From: Coleofasciculus chthonoplastes F2-STO-03
GTDB taxonomy: Bacteria > Cyanobacteriota > Cyanobacteriia > Cyanobacteriales > Coleofasciculaceae
Length of the DNA stretch: 59,884 bases
Assembly (NCBI GenBank): GCA_040222015.1
Contig: JAVJWO010000045.1
Location: 1 to 59,884, forward strand
Reading direction: 5' to 3'
In this document: in pieces, positions 1-9,900 of the stretch
Numbering within the stretch: position 1 is the stretch's first letter
How the letters are laid out: every line of letters begins with the position of its first letter
The notes under the pieces: generated by a model
Databases searched by the model: none
What the model was told of the DNA's origin: nothing
The model's input: the letters and a program-made list of their open reading frames with translations, nothing else
Made by a program: the position numbers and the translations under genes

Positions 1-207
1 CTCTTCCAGAGTAGGAAAGTCTGTTGACCAAGTTCCAGCTAGGGAATGAACCAGTTCTGTCCAAGACATCTGATAATCTACCGTGTTTATTGGTTGGTTA
101 GCGCTCAGGTGCTTAGCACGAATGAATTCAGCAAAAGCAAGAATTTCGCTGGCTTGGTCTTTGGGAAGGGTTTTGGCGATTGCGTAAATTTGTTCAGCGA
201 CGGTCAT
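1..207 (-). CDS. DUF2281-like small protein (putative antitoxin), runs off the window edge
   Basis: Not in the ORF track. Manual translation from ATG at 207 gives MTVAEQIYAIAKTLPKDQASEILAFAEFIRAKH...LAGTWSTDFPTLEE, with no stop before position 1. The LP..Q..E.L.F.EF pattern is typical of DUF2281. Confidence 0.7.
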   Translation of the reverse strand, partial: MTVAEQIYAIAKTLPKDQASEILAFAEFIRAKHLSANQPINTVDYQMSWTELVHSLAGTWSTDFPTLEE

Positions 208-275
208 AATCGGGTTCTAGGGAAGGTGCTGTTTAGCTTTATTTTAGCGATAGCTTGTATATTAGGCATTATCTA

Positions 276-301
276 TAAAATACAATCAATAGTACAAGAA
301 A
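276..301 (+). repeat. 26-bp direct repeat, copy 1 (TAAAATACAATCAATAGTACAAGAAA)
   Basis: Matches 1426-1451 with 1 mismatch. Confidence 0.85.
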
Positions 302-397
302 GCCGCCGCGATCGCATCCCTAGCTGTGATGCTTCAGTTCAGCCTGGGTTGTATAATTTAACATGGAGGATAGATGAGTTTAAGGAGGAGAATCCTA

Positions 398-619
398 ATG
401 ACGTTGCCAGAATTACAAAAGCAAGCTTTACAATTACCAATTGGCGATCGCTGGAAATTAGTGCAAACTCTGCTGGAGTCTCTACAATGGGAAACTCGTT
501 CCGTGGTGAAAAAGGGTAACTTGTCTCGGCTGCGAGGTATTGCCAAAAGTACAAATAAGCTGAGTGATGAAGGAATTACCGAGAATTATATTACCTATCT
601 CACTGAGAAATATCAGTAA
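398..619 (+). CDS. Putative antitoxin of the downstream PIN toxin
   Basis: AGGAGG RBS precedes ATG 398 (MTLPELQKQALQLP...YLTEKYQ). Its stop overlaps the PIN gene start (TAATG). Confidence 0.75.
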   Translation: MTLPELQKQALQLPIGDRWKLVQTLLESLQWETRSVVKKGNLSRLRGIAKSTNKLSDEGITENYITYLTEKYQ

Positions 620-1032
620 TGCGAGTTTTAATTGATACAAATGTTGTGCTTGATTTTTTACAAGATCGAGAGCCTTTCGTGGAAGATGCAGCCAGATTGT
701 TTGAAAAAATTGATGCTGGTGAGGTTGAAGGATTTATTGCCGCCACAACGGTTACTAATATCTATTACATTATCCGAAAAGCCGCAGGTGCAATAGCCGC
801 CAATGATGCAATTGCCCAAATTTTAATGGACTTGCATATTTGCGCGGTCAATAGAGAGATTTTACAACAGGCGATCGCACTGAATTTTCAGGATTTTGAA
901 GATGCGGTGCAGTATGCTTGTGGAATAGCCTACGGGGTAGATGCGATCGTTACTCGTGATGTCTCTGGATTTGTGAACGCTGAAATTTCTGTGATGTCCC
1001 CTAGGGAGTTAGCCAATACCACTGGCAAATGA
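619..1032 (+). CDS. PIN-domain (VapC-like) toxin
   Basis: MRVLIDTNVVLD, DFEDAVQ and IVTRD motifs of the PIN fold. Confidence 0.92.
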   Translation: MRVLIDTNVVLDFLQDREPFVEDAARLFEKIDAGEVEGFIAATTVTNIYYIIRKAAGAIAANDAIAQILMDLHICAVNREILQQAIALNFQDFEDAVQYACGIAYGVDAIVTRDVSGFVNAEISVMSPRELANTTGK

Positions 1033-1058
1033 AGGAAGGGATCTGTGGATACTATAGT

Positions 1059-1115
1059 GTGAAAGACTATCAAGCTGTGTTGTTGGATGCGTGGTATGAC
1101 TACTTTGACACTTGA
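1059..1115 (+). pseudogene. C-terminal remnant of a DUF4160-type toxin gene
   Basis: Frame reads VKDYQAVLLDAWYDYFDT* and overlaps the DUF2442 start, as in DUF4160/DUF2442 pairs (LLxAW.xYF terminus). The rest of the gene is absent. Confidence 0.55.
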
Positions 1116-1401
1116 AATAGAACCAATCGCTAGCCAAATTAGCGTCACTGATGAGCGGCTGATTGTAGACCTAGCTGATGGTCGAAGTCTCAGCGTTCCC
1201 TTAGCTTGGTATCCACGTTTGATGTATGCTTCACCCACAGAACGGCAAAACTGGCAATTACTGGGTGATGGCTACGCGATCGAGTGGGCAGATTTAGACG
1301 AACATATTGGAATTGAGGGGTTATTGGCAGGTAGACGCAGTGGTGAAAGCCAGCAATCACTTGAGCGTTGGTTGGCTACACGCACTACCTCTGCTAGTTA
1401 A
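1096..1401 (+). CDS. DUF2442 domain protein (putative antitoxin)
   Basis: VDLADGRSLSVPLAWYPRL..A...ER.NW...G.G.AIEW..LDE signature. Confidence 0.88.
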   Translation: MTTLTLEIEPIASQISVTDERLIVDLADGRSLSVPLAWYPRLMYASPTERQNWQLLGDGYAIEWADLDEHIGIEGLLAGRRSGESQQSLERWLATRTTSAS

Positions 1402-1425
1402 CACCAAATGTGCTAAAGAACTACG

Positions 1426-1451
1426 TAAAATATAATCAATAGTACAAGAAA
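1426..1451 (+). repeat. 26-bp direct repeat, copy 2 (contains TATAAT)
   Basis: TAAAATATAATCAATAGTACAAGAAA; 25/26 identical to 276-301. Confidence 0.85.
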
Positions 1452-1515
1452 ATCAGCAAATGCTGTTGGAAAGCGTATTTTTATCCCATTGAGTACGGTT
1501 ATCACTACCTTGCAT

Positions 1516-1531
1516 TAGTACATTTATACTA
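1516..1531. promoter_or_regulatory. Candidate cyanobacterial LexA (SOS) box
   Basis: TAGTACATTTATACTA, one mismatch from AGTAC-N4-GTACT, about 48 bp upstream of the DUF4365 gene. Confidence 0.4.
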
Positions 1532-1578
1532 TTTAAGCTGTTAGAATCGTAAAATCATGAAGATTACTATTCAAGTAA

Positions 1579-3603
1579 ATGAATTACCAGCGTCAAACTT
1601 GGCAACACGATTTTGAAGAGAAGAGCGAGTTGCAACTCAAAGAAGCATTCGTAAGTGTTGGTTGGAGGGTACAGCGTCTGAGACATGATTATGGTGAGGA
1701 TCTTATTGGTAGGCAATTTGAGCATGGGAATCCAACAGGACATGACTTCTATATTCAATTGAAAGGAACGGATAAAATTGAGAAATATCAGCTTGCACGA
1801 AGTCAAGTACTTAGTTATTCAATTGAGCTAGTTAACTTAAAGCAATGGTATTCATATACTTTGCCTGTAATTATAATTGTGTGGGACATTACCAATCGTG
1901 TTGGTTACTGGATACATATTCAGCCATTCATTGAACAACAGTTAAAGAAAAAATCTAATTGGCTGAAAAATAATTCTAATGCCTGTGATCCAAAAAGAAA
2001 GATCCATGTATCGATGGCTCAAGTAATAAAAGAGAATTATTTGGACTCACTTAAGTTTACCATTGAAAAGGAATGGGGGAAAATTAGTAGAGGTAAAAAT
2101 CACTTTGAAATGCTGTATAAAGCATCCGAAATTCAATTAGGCAAAGAACTGGCGGGTGAGTTGTCTCCTGTTATAGAGCGTCAGGTCAAGATAACTCAGT
2201 CAAATGCGTTTGTTATTGCCAATCCTGGAAAGTTAACAGGTTGGCTAGATCTAGCCGTTTTGCACTATGATAACAGTAATTTTCATGAATCTTTGAAAGC
2301 AATTAATCAAGCTTGTAAAATTGACAATAAAGACGACAGGCTTGTAAAGCAGATTAAAGCTTGTATACTAGCTGAGTATGCATATAGAAATGGTAATCCT
2401 CCAAGTATGCTTCGTGAGGCTATTGATCTTTTTGAATCAGCGTCAGAAGAAATTGATCCATTAGCCAAATATAACATTGGTAACTGCTATTCATCGCTGG
2501 AAGAACATGAAATAGCTATTGAGTACTTTGAACAAGCTCTTAGTGAAGAATTAGAACCAGAGCAATTAGCACAAATCTGGAACAATCGCGGGAGGTCAAT
2601 GGTTAAAATTGGTGATTTAAATGCGGCAATTTTATCTTTTGATAAAGCGCTCAATTACAATCCATCATTATGGAATGTGTATTCGTCTTTGGCTCATATA
2701 AAAACGAATATGAATGATCATAAAAGTGCATGTATTCACTTTGAAAAAGCATTTCAGCTAAACCCTCATCTTGAAGCCGATGGAGATAGTCATCTTGTGT
2801 GTTACGCTTGGTCGCTATGCCAAGTAGGTCGATACATAGAAGCACTTCACAGCATTGATCAACTACTTTTCGTATATCCTTTTCACAAGTCAGGACTTGA
2901 CGCAAAAGCTCAAATTCTTGCGAGGTTACGAACCGAAGACAGTTCTTTTACTCAAGAGGCATTGAAGTTTTTTGAAAAGAGATTGCTTGATGAACCATTG
3001 GATATGTTAGCTCGTAGTGAACTAAATTTTATATATCGTGATTTAGGATATGAGAAAGAACGTAGAATGCTTATAGAGGAAACTATTAATCTTGATAACC
3101 CACCAGCTAAGGCATTCTATGATTATGCGATGCTTCTCGAACATGATGGTTTTTTAACTGAGGCAATAAACTACCTTGAGAAGGCGGCAGCTAAAGAACA
3201 AAATCATGCGATATGGCATTCCTTGGCCAGAATCTATAAGAAAATTAAAAATTATGATCAGGCGATTGAATATTATAATTTAGCCTTAATAAATACTTGC
3301 AATCCGTTAATTATACTGTCAGAAATCTCAGATTGTTACTATTTGTTGGGTGACTATAAAAATGATATTGTAGTTATCACAAAAGCATTGTTACTGAATG
3401 CAGACGAAAATTATTGGTGGGATAATTTGCTATTTGCTCTTAGTCAATTAGGCGCTGATTTAAATAATTATCTGGATTTCCTTAGTCAACTGGACTTTAG
3501 AAATGAAGATGTTACCGAAAAAGAAATCAGAATCGAAATTAACAATTTTTTAGAACATCCATCTAGATATAGCTTCCATGAGACAGGAGTTTATAATCAA
3601 TAA
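1579..3603 (+). CDS. DUF4365 (PD-(D/E)XK-like) domain plus TPR repeat protein; candidate defence protein
   Basis: N-terminal DYGED...FYIQLKGT motif, then many TPR helices (YNIGNCY, WNNRG, ALNYNP). AT-rich relative to flanking core genes. Confidence 0.8.
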   Translation: MNYQRQTWQHDFEEKSELQLKEAFVSVGWRVQRLRHDYGEDLIGRQFEHGNPTGHDFYIQLKGTDKIEKYQLARSQVLSYSIELVNLKQWYSYTLPVIIIVWDITNRVGYWIHIQPFIEQQLKKKSNWLKNNSNACDPKRKIHVSMAQVIKENYLDSLKFTIEKEWGKISRGKNHFEMLYKASEIQLGKELAGELSPVIERQVKITQSNAFVIANPGKLTGWLDLAVLHYDNSNFHESLKAINQACKIDNKDDRLVKQIKACILAEYAYRNGNPPSMLREAIDLFESASEEIDPLAKYNIGNCYSSLEEHEIAIEYFEQALSEELEPEQLAQIWNNRGRSMVKIGDLNAAILSFDKALNYNPSLWNVYSSLAHIKTNMNDHKSACIHFEKAFQLNPHLEADGDSHLVCYAWSLCQVGRYIEALHSIDQLLFVYPFHKSGLDAKAQILARLRTEDSSFTQEALKFFEKRLLDEPLDMLARSELNFIYRDLGYEKERRMLIEETINLDNPPAKAFYDYAMLLEHDGFLTEAINYLEKAAAKEQNHAIWHSLARIYKKIKNYDQAIEYYNLALINTCNPLIILSEISDCYYLLGDYKNDIVVITKALLLNADENYWWDNLLFALSQLGADLNNYLDFLSQLDFRNEDVTEKEIRIEINNFLEHPSRYSFHETGVYNQ

Positions 3604-3669
3604 GTATATATTTTAGTGAAGTTGGCAACTCATGATCAGATTTTGGGTATTCCATGTAATCTTTTACTG

Positions 3670-3865
3670 ACTGGTTGAAGCGTGCTAAAAATTCCATGAA
3701 TTCCTAATTTTGACGTAACGCCTCGACTTCAGCCGCAAAATCATCTACAACAGATAAAACAAACTCCGTACCATCTGGTTTTCTGAGAATGATAGTATCT
3801 TGTTCTGCCAATTCAATTAACTCGACAACTGTTAAATTAGATTGATCCAGATCAATTATTTTCAT
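3670..3865 (-). pseudogene. Small Phd-like antitoxin gene with a premature stop
   Basis: MKIIDLDQSNLTVVELIELAEQDTIILRKPDGTEFVLSVVDDFAAEVEALRQN*(TAG 3704-3706), then EFMEFLARF in frame; looks like CAG>TAG. Confidence 0.5.
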
Positions 3866-3924
3866 AACATGACTTCCTGACCGCAACTATAAATTATTAT
3901 CTTAATATACTATCGCCCCAAAAA

Positions 3925-3964
3925 CCTCTGCGTCCCTCTGCGTAAACCTCTGCGCCCCTCTGCG
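3925..3964. repeat. Four spaced CCTCTGCG units (cyanobacterial short dispersed repeat)
   Basis: CCTCTGCG at 3925, 3935, 3947 and 3957. Confidence 0.8.
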
Positions 3965-4048
3965 TTAAAAAAACACATCGCTTCCCAGGAACAAAACCCC
4001 AACAACAACCCAACTTCTCCTCCGAAATCTAGAAACCTGCGAAAGTCC

Positions 4049-4107
4049 GGGCGGGTTCAGTCACATCGGGGTGCAACCGAAAAGATAATCGTAAAACCCG
4101 CCCCTAC
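4049..4107 (-). repeat. REP/REPIN, GTAGGGGCGGGTTT family
   Basis: GGGCGGGTT...AAACCCGCCCCTAC arms; near reverse complement of 35236-35298, including the spacer. Confidence 0.85.
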
Positions 4108-4203
4108 AGAGGCGTACCGTAAACAGCAAAAACAACGCCCCCTCACAACCAATGGCAGAGGCAACGCTAAGATCATCAAGGACAATTACCCGCCATTGCC
4201 CTC

Positions 4204-7164
4204 ATGTCTGATCCAACCCCGATCGCTTCCAACCCAACCCCATCCCTGAATGGAAACCAACCCCCCAGCCAAAACACGATCCGCATCCGGGGTGCCAGAC
4301 AACATAACCTAAAAAACATTAACCTTGATCTCCCGCGCGATCGCCTAATCGTCTTCACAGGTGTCTCCGGTTCCGGTAAATCCTCCCTCGCCTTCGATAC
4401 CATCTTCGCTGAAGGGCAACGCCGCTACGTGGAATCCCTCAGCGCTTACGCCCGTCAATTCCTCGGACAACTCGATAAACCCGACGTAGACGCCATTGAA
4501 GGCTTAAGCCCTGCGATCTCCATTGACCAAAAATCCACCTCCAATAATCCCCGTTCCACCGTGGGTACCGTTACCGAGATTTACGACTACCTGCGCCTAT
4601 TATTTGGTCGCGCTGGAGAACCCCACTGTCCGATCTGCGATCGCAACATCGCCCCTCAAACCATTGACCAAATGTGCGATCGCGTCATGGAACTCCCCGA
4701 TCGCACCAAGTTCCATATCCTCGCCCCTGTCGTCCGAGGCAAAAAAGGCACACACAAGAAGCTACTCTCCAGTTTAGCCGCTGAAGGATTTGTGCGCGTC
4801 CGCGTCGATGGCGTGATCCAATCTCTTTCTGATCCAATTGAATTGGATAAAAATTATACCCACACCATTGAAGTGGTGGTTGATCGCCTAATCAAAAAGC
4901 CGGGACTCCAGGAACGTTTAACCGACTCCCTGGCAACCTGTCTCAAGCTTAGCAGTGGAATTGCAGTAATCCAGGTATTAAATGATTCAACCGCCGTCCC
5001 ACCCGACTCAAAGTCTATACCGACTGAGGAAAAAAATGCAACGTCTTCCGAGCAACACCTCCCCCAAGAAATCGTCTTTTCGGAAAACTTTGCCTGTCCC
5101 GAACATGGCGCTGTCATGGAGGAATTATCCCCCAGACTGTTTTCCTTTAACTCCCCCTATGGCGCTTGTCCTCACTGTCACGGATTAGGCAATTTACGCA
5201 CCTTTTCCCCCGAACTCGTTGTCCCCGAACCCAGCCAACCGATATACTGTGCGATCGCGCCTTGGTCGGAACGAGATAATTCCTATTACTTGTCCCTACT
5301 TTACAATATCGGACAAGCTTATGGTTTTGAACTGGGAACGCCGTGGCAGAAACTGAATCCCGAACAGAAACAGGTGATTCTCTATGGGGCGGATAATCCA
5401 ATTTGGATCGAAGAATTTAACGATTACCGCCGTTATCGGGGGGTACTTCCGATCCTGCAAAAGCAATATGATGAAACCAGTTCCGATACTTATAAACAGA
5501 AATTAGAGCAATATTTAGTCGATCAACCCTGTGAAGTCTGTAAAGGGAAACGGTTGAAGCCAGAAGCCCTAGCGGTACGACTGGGACAGTATCGGATTAC
5601 GGATTTAATAGAGGTTTCCATTGGCGAAAGTCGCCAACGAATTGACCAATTCCAACTCTCATCCCGTCAAGCAAAAATAGGTGAACTCGCCCTCAAAGAA
5701 ATTAAGGCACGATTGCAATTTCTCTTAGATGTCGGCTTAGATTATCTCACCCTAGATCGAGCAGCAATGACCCTTTCTGGTGGAGAAGCCCAACGAATTC
5801 GTCTGGCGACTCAGATTGGTGCAGGATTGACCGGGGTTTTATATGTATTAGATGAACCGAGTATTGGCTTACATCAACGAGATAATGGGCGGTTATTAGC
5901 CACCTTACAAAAATTGCGGGATTTAGGGAATACCTTAATTGTGGTGGAACATGATGAAGAAACCATTCGCACGGCTGACTGGATTATCGATATTGGTCCG
6001 AAAGCCGGAATTCATGGGGGCGACATTGTGGTTCAGGGAAATTTCACGGAATTACTCAATAGTGAAACATCGTTAACGGGTTCCTATTTATCCGGACGTC
6101 AGATCATTGAAACACCAGGGGAACGGCGCAAAGGGAATGGGCGTTTATTGGCTCTCAAAAATGCCCACCGAAATAACCTCAAACATATTGATGTAGAGAT
6201 TCATTTAGGTAAGTTGGTTTGCATTACTGGGGTTTCCGGTTCCGGGAAATCTACGTTAGTGAATGAACTCCTTTATCCAGCGTTGCAACATCATTTAAGT
6301 CGAAAGATACCCTTTCCAAAAGAGTTAAGTAAGGTCAAGGGATTGAATGGCGTAGATAAAGCGATTGTCATTGATCAATCCCCAATTGGCAGAACCCCCC
6401 GTTCTAATCCTGCCACTTATACTGGGGTATTTGATGTGATTCGCGGACTCTTTGCTGAAACCATCGAAGCCAAAGCCAGAGGCTATAAAGCTGGACGGTT
6501 TTCGTTTAACGTTAAAGGGGGACGCTGCGAAGCTTGTGGCGGACAGGGAGTTAATGTAATTGAAATGAATTTTCTTCCCGATGTTTATGTGCAATGTGAG
6601 GTTTGTAAAGGCGCAAGATATAACCGAGAAACCTTGCAGGTGAAATATAAGGGATATTCAATTGCTGATGTTTTAAATATGACAGTGGAGGAGGCGCTGG
6701 AGGTATTTAAGAATATCCCGCGTGCGGTGAATCGTTTACAAACTCTCGTGGATGTAGGGTTAGGCTATGTGCATTTAGGACAACCTGCACCCACCTTATC
6801 CGGAGGCGAAGCGCAGCGGGTGAAATTGGCGACGGAGTTATCGCGACGGGCGACAGGAAAGACGTTGTATTTAATTGATGAACCAACAACGGGATTATCG
6901 TTTTATGATGTGCATCATTTGTTAAATGTGTTGCAGCGATTGGTGGATAAAGGGAATTCTGTGTTGGTAATTGAGCATAATTTAGATGTGATTCGCTGTA
7001 GCGATTGGGTGATTGATTTAGGTCCTGAAGGGGGCGATAAAGGCGGAGAAGTGATTGCGGTGGGGACGCCGGAGGATGTGGCGGAGAATGAAAAATCGTA
7101 TACGGGGATGTATTTAAAGGAGGTGTTGAAGCAGTATCCGCCGCAAGTAGAAAGTGTTAGTTGA
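4204..7164 (+). CDS. uvrA: Excinuclease ABC subunit A
   Basis: Two GVSGSGKS Walker A motifs, two LSGGEAQR signatures and CxxC zinc fingers. Confidence 0.99.
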   Translation: MSDPTPIASNPTPSLNGNQPPSQNTIRIRGARQHNLKNINLDLPRDRLIVFTGVSGSGKSSLAFDTIFAEGQRRYVESLSAYARQFLGQLDKPDVDAIEGLSPAISIDQKSTSNNPRSTVGTVTEIYDYLRLLFGRAGEPHCPICDRNIAPQTIDQMCDRVMELPDRTKFHILAPVVRGKKGTHKKLLSSLAAEGFVRVRVDGVIQSLSDPIELDKNYTHTIEVVVDRLIKKPGLQERLTDSLATCLKLSSGIAVIQVLNDSTAVPPDSKSIPTEEKNATSSEQHLPQEIVFSENFACPEHGAVMEELSPRLFSFNSPYGACPHCHGLGNLRTFSPELVVPEPSQPIYCAIAPWSERDNSYYLSLLYNIGQAYGFELGTPWQKLNPEQKQVILYGADNPIWIEEFNDYRRYRGVLPILQKQYDETSSDTYKQKLEQYLVDQPCEVCKGKRLKPEALAVRLGQYRITDLIEVSIGESRQRIDQFQLSSRQAKIGELALKEIKARLQFLLDVGLDYLTLDRAAMTLSGGEAQRIRLATQIGAGLTGVLYVLDEPSIGLHQRDNGRLLATLQKLRDLGNTLIVVEHDEETIRTADWIIDIGPKAGIHGGDIVVQGNFTELLNSETSLTGSYLSGRQIIETPGERRKGNGRLLALKNAHRNNLKHIDVEIHLGKLVCITGVSGSGKSTLVNELLYPALQHHLSRKIPFPKELSKVKGLNGVDKAIVIDQSPIGRTPRSNPATYTGVFDVIRGLFAETIEAKARGYKAGRFSFNVKGGRCEACGGQGVNVIEMNFLPDVYVQCEVCKGARYNRETLQVKYKGYSIADVLNMTVEEALEVFKNIPRAVNRLQTLVDVGLGYVHLGQPAPTLSGGEAQRVKLATELSRRATGKTLYLIDEPTTGLSFYDVHHLLNVLQRLVDKGNSVLVIEHNLDVIRCSDWVIDLGPEGGDKGGEVIAVGTPEDVAENEKSYTGMYLKEVLKQYPPQVESVS

Positions 7165-7171
7165 AGAATTA

Positions 7172-7221
7172 AGCCCTGAACTAAAGTTCGGGCTAAAAGC
7201 TTAAACCCGTTAAAACGGGTT
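7172..7221. repeat. Double-hairpin palindromic repeat, possibly also acting as a terminator
   Basis: AGCCCTGAAC-TAAA-GTTCGGGCT and AACCCGTT-AA-AACGGGTT immediately after the uvrA stop. Confidence 0.6.
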
Positions 7222-7318
7222 CAAAGAGTATTGCTGAAATAGCTATTAACAATGGTGATGGTGGTGAGATAGACATACTGTGTTACGCGGTGTAGAATAG
7301 ACCCTAAGGGAAAATATA

Positions 7319-7516
7319 ATGACAGATAAATTTGGGAATGATAGAATTTCAGAACTTTTGGCGGATAGAGAAAAAATTAATCAAGCATTGGCTAAAGCTG
7401 TGCAAGATGCTTTGTTAAAACATAAACAAGCGGGTAATCCAGTGGCTATTTGGCGTGATGGTAAAGTTGTCTGGATACCTCCAGAGGAAATTTTTGCAGA
7501 GGAAAATAATCTGTGA
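7319..7516 (+). CDS. Small conserved hypothetical protein (type usually found beside zeta-toxin-like ATPases)
   Basis: AV.DAL..HK..G.PVAIWRDGKVVWIPPEEI pattern; no partner ATPase gene adjacent. Confidence 0.65.
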   Translation: MTDKFGNDRISELLADREKINQALAKAVQDALLKHKQAGNPVAIWRDGKVVWIPPEEIFAEENNL

Positions 7517-7564
7517 ATATCTCCGTACTTCAGCACTGTTGACTGAACGCAGAAAGAATTTAAT

Positions 7565-9433
7565 ATGAACCATGAGCATCAAACAAGGGTAGAACACTTT
7601 GCTACCCTTAAGGTTAAGTACAAAGCCACCGACTATGAAGACTCATCCCCCACGAGTCTGTTGTATTTCATCCTGCGAAAAGCTGACTTGGGAATTGAGA
7701 TCATTGAGGTTGAGGTAATTTGGCTCATAGATCATCAACTTTTGCAAACACTTAAAGTGATCCGTGAGCAATACAGACAGAGAAAAAAAGAACTTAAACA
7801 ACTAGAAAATGAATTTGAAAAGTTAACATCTAAGTATACAGAAACAACGTTCCATGGTTACTGGAAATCCACGCCGCTTTACTTTATACTATTGAGACTG
7901 GATTCAGGAAATAAGCTAACGGGTTCAGAAATTAAATGGCTGCAATATTGTGGTTATACCGAGACAATTACAATCGCTCAACAGATAGAAGACTTTGCCA
8001 AATTGAAAGCCAAGTACCAGGCGATTAAATATCAAGATTTATCCCCTGATAATCGGCTGTATCGAATCTTAAAAAAACTGGAGGCAAAAGAAAGGTTACA
8101 TGATTCAGATATTACCTGGCTGAACGAACAGGAATTATTTGAAACCTTGGCAATTTTCCAGCAACAAGAAGCCGCAAAGGAAGCTGAATTTGCTCAACTC
8201 AAGGATAAGTATAAAGCGACTAAACAGTCGGATTCGTCTTTATCCAGTCCGCTGTATCCTATTCTAAAAAACATTGATACAGATCAGTCGTTAAGTCAGT
8301 CACAAATAGACTGGCTGGAGGCGCATCAACTGATTGAAACCCTTGATATTGTTCAGCAGTTGGAACAGAAGCGACACTTTGCTGAACTGAAAACAAAGTA
8401 TAAAGCTAGCCAATACGAAGATTCATCACCCTCTAGCCACCTGTACAAAGTCTTGAAAAAACTTGAATCAGAACATCCGCTAGGTGAAGAGGATATTAAT
8501 TTTCTAAAAAAGCGTCAATTAACTGATACAATTACTATCGCTCAAGACAACTACGCAGCGACGCTAAAGTCCAAAATTGAATTAGGAGATCAACTGGAGG
8601 AGTCAGAGGTAGACTGGCTAAAAGATAATGAACGGGAGAATATAATAGCGATCGCGCAAGCTAAACACTTTGCCACTCTGAAGTCTAAGTATAATGTCTC
8701 GGACTATCAAGATACATCTCCCTCTAGCCCTTTATACGCGATTCTGCAAAAGCTTAAAAAAGCAGAACGTTTGGAACCAACGGATGTGGCTTGGCTTCAG
8801 GAGAATAAAATTAAACGTCGTCAATCGAACTATGGTTATTATGGAGGGCGAGAGGAAGGATATAAACTGTTCTCTGGAAAGATTCGGAATACTTACCACA
8901 AAATTGAAGCAACCTTCTACGAACAAGAGTATCAGCGCACTAGCAACAAATGGAATTTGCCCAATGCTAGCAGTCATTGGCGTAAGGCAGATCAACCCAA
9001 ACAGGCATTAAAACTGACAGAAAACCTCAACTTTGACAAAATTAAAGAAAATAAACTTAAATCAGCATTACTAACCACTAGAGGTGGAGCATTTCGAGAT
9101 ATTCATGAATTAAATAAAGCGGAGAAGTGTGCGCTTAAAGCGATTGAGTATCAACCCAGTAGCCATCACCCTTATACCTTAATGGGTGCAATTTGTTTTG
9201 AAAGGGGGCAGTATTCAAAAGGAGAAGAGTGGTTTGACAAGGCAATTAAACGGGGGGCTTCTCCCAGAGATCAGGATGCTGAGATGAAGCGAGTGGTTAA
9301 AAATGCTAAAGATGAGAACAAGCGCCGCGAAGTTGTGAACTATTTACTGACAAAAGATCCACAACGGTATGCTTGGGCTAAGTTTTATCTGAAAAAGTCT
9401 AAAAAGAAAGGAAAAGGACAAGGTAAAAGATAG
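7565..9433 (+). CDS. Protein with about six ~60-aa helical repeats and a C-terminal TPR-like domain
   Basis: Repeated F..LK.KY....Y.D.SP...LY.IL.K......L....I.WL unit; C-terminal ALLTTRGGAFRD / AIEYQP..HHPYTLMGA TPR helices. Confidence 0.85.
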   Translation: MNHEHQTRVEHFATLKVKYKATDYEDSSPTSLLYFILRKADLGIEIIEVEVIWLIDHQLLQTLKVIREQYRQRKKELKQLENEFEKLTSKYTETTFHGYWKSTPLYFILLRLDSGNKLTGSEIKWLQYCGYTETITIAQQIEDFAKLKAKYQAIKYQDLSPDNRLYRILKKLEAKERLHDSDITWLNEQELFETLAIFQQQEAAKEAEFAQLKDKYKATKQSDSSLSSPLYPILKNIDTDQSLSQSQIDWLEAHQLIETLDIVQQLEQKRHFAELKTKYKASQYEDSSPSSHLYKVLKKLESEHPLGEEDINFLKKRQLTDTITIAQDNYAATLKSKIELGDQLEESEVDWLKDNERENIIAIAQAKHFATLKSKYNVSDYQDTSPSSPLYAILQKLKKAERLEPTDVAWLQENKIKRRQSNYGYYGGREEGYKLFSGKIRNTYHKIEATFYEQEYQRTSNKWNLPNASSHWRKADQPKQALKLTENLNFDKIKENKLKSALLTTRGGAFRDIHELNKAEKCALKAIEYQPSSHHPYTLMGAICFERGQYSKGEEWFDKAIKRGASPRDQDAEMKRVVKNAKDENKRREVVNYLLTKDPQRYAWAKFYLKKSKKKGKGQGKR

Positions 9434-9488
9434 CTTGCACCTATGGTGTTCAGTTTGTGCGATCGCGCATTATTTTTGGGCATCTTCT

Positions 9489-9548
9489 GTAGGGGCGGGT
9501 TTTACTACAAACTTATGTTACTCACCATTTACCGATATAAACCCGCCC
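9489..9548 (+). repeat. REPIN, GTAGGGGCGGGTTT family
   Basis: GTAGGGGCGGGTTT...AAACCCGCCC. Confidence 0.85.
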
Positions 9549-9686
9549 TGCTCCCATCCCAAATGTGACAGGTTTATTGTATTGGTAGGATATCCTAAAT
9601 GTGAATTAAATCCACCCTGAAAACCTGCGATCGCGTCTTTCCCTGTCATCAGGGTAGAGTTATTTTTTCCCCGATTGCGGTGGAGA

Positions 9687-9749
9687 GGGGGCGGGTTTAG
9701 ATACGTTATTCCCAAAAACCGCTACGTTGGTTGTCAAACCCGCCCCTAC
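9687..9749 (-). repeat. REPIN identical to the one inside the RAYT gene
   Basis: 63 bp identical to 10185-10247. Confidence 0.9.
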
Positions 9750-9900
9750 AGGATCTATCCTGTTGGGTAAACGTGCGATCGCGCAACTGATGTGACTTAC
9801 TATTTACCGATATAAACCTGCCCCGATTCCATCCTAGATGTGACAGATTTATTATATTGGTAGGATATCCGAAATCTTGATTAAACCACCCCTTAGATGG

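Noticed and set aside
46..554. ORFs 46-519 (+), 339-554 (-) and 358-546 (-)
   Set aside because: Shadow frames overlapping better-supported TA genes.
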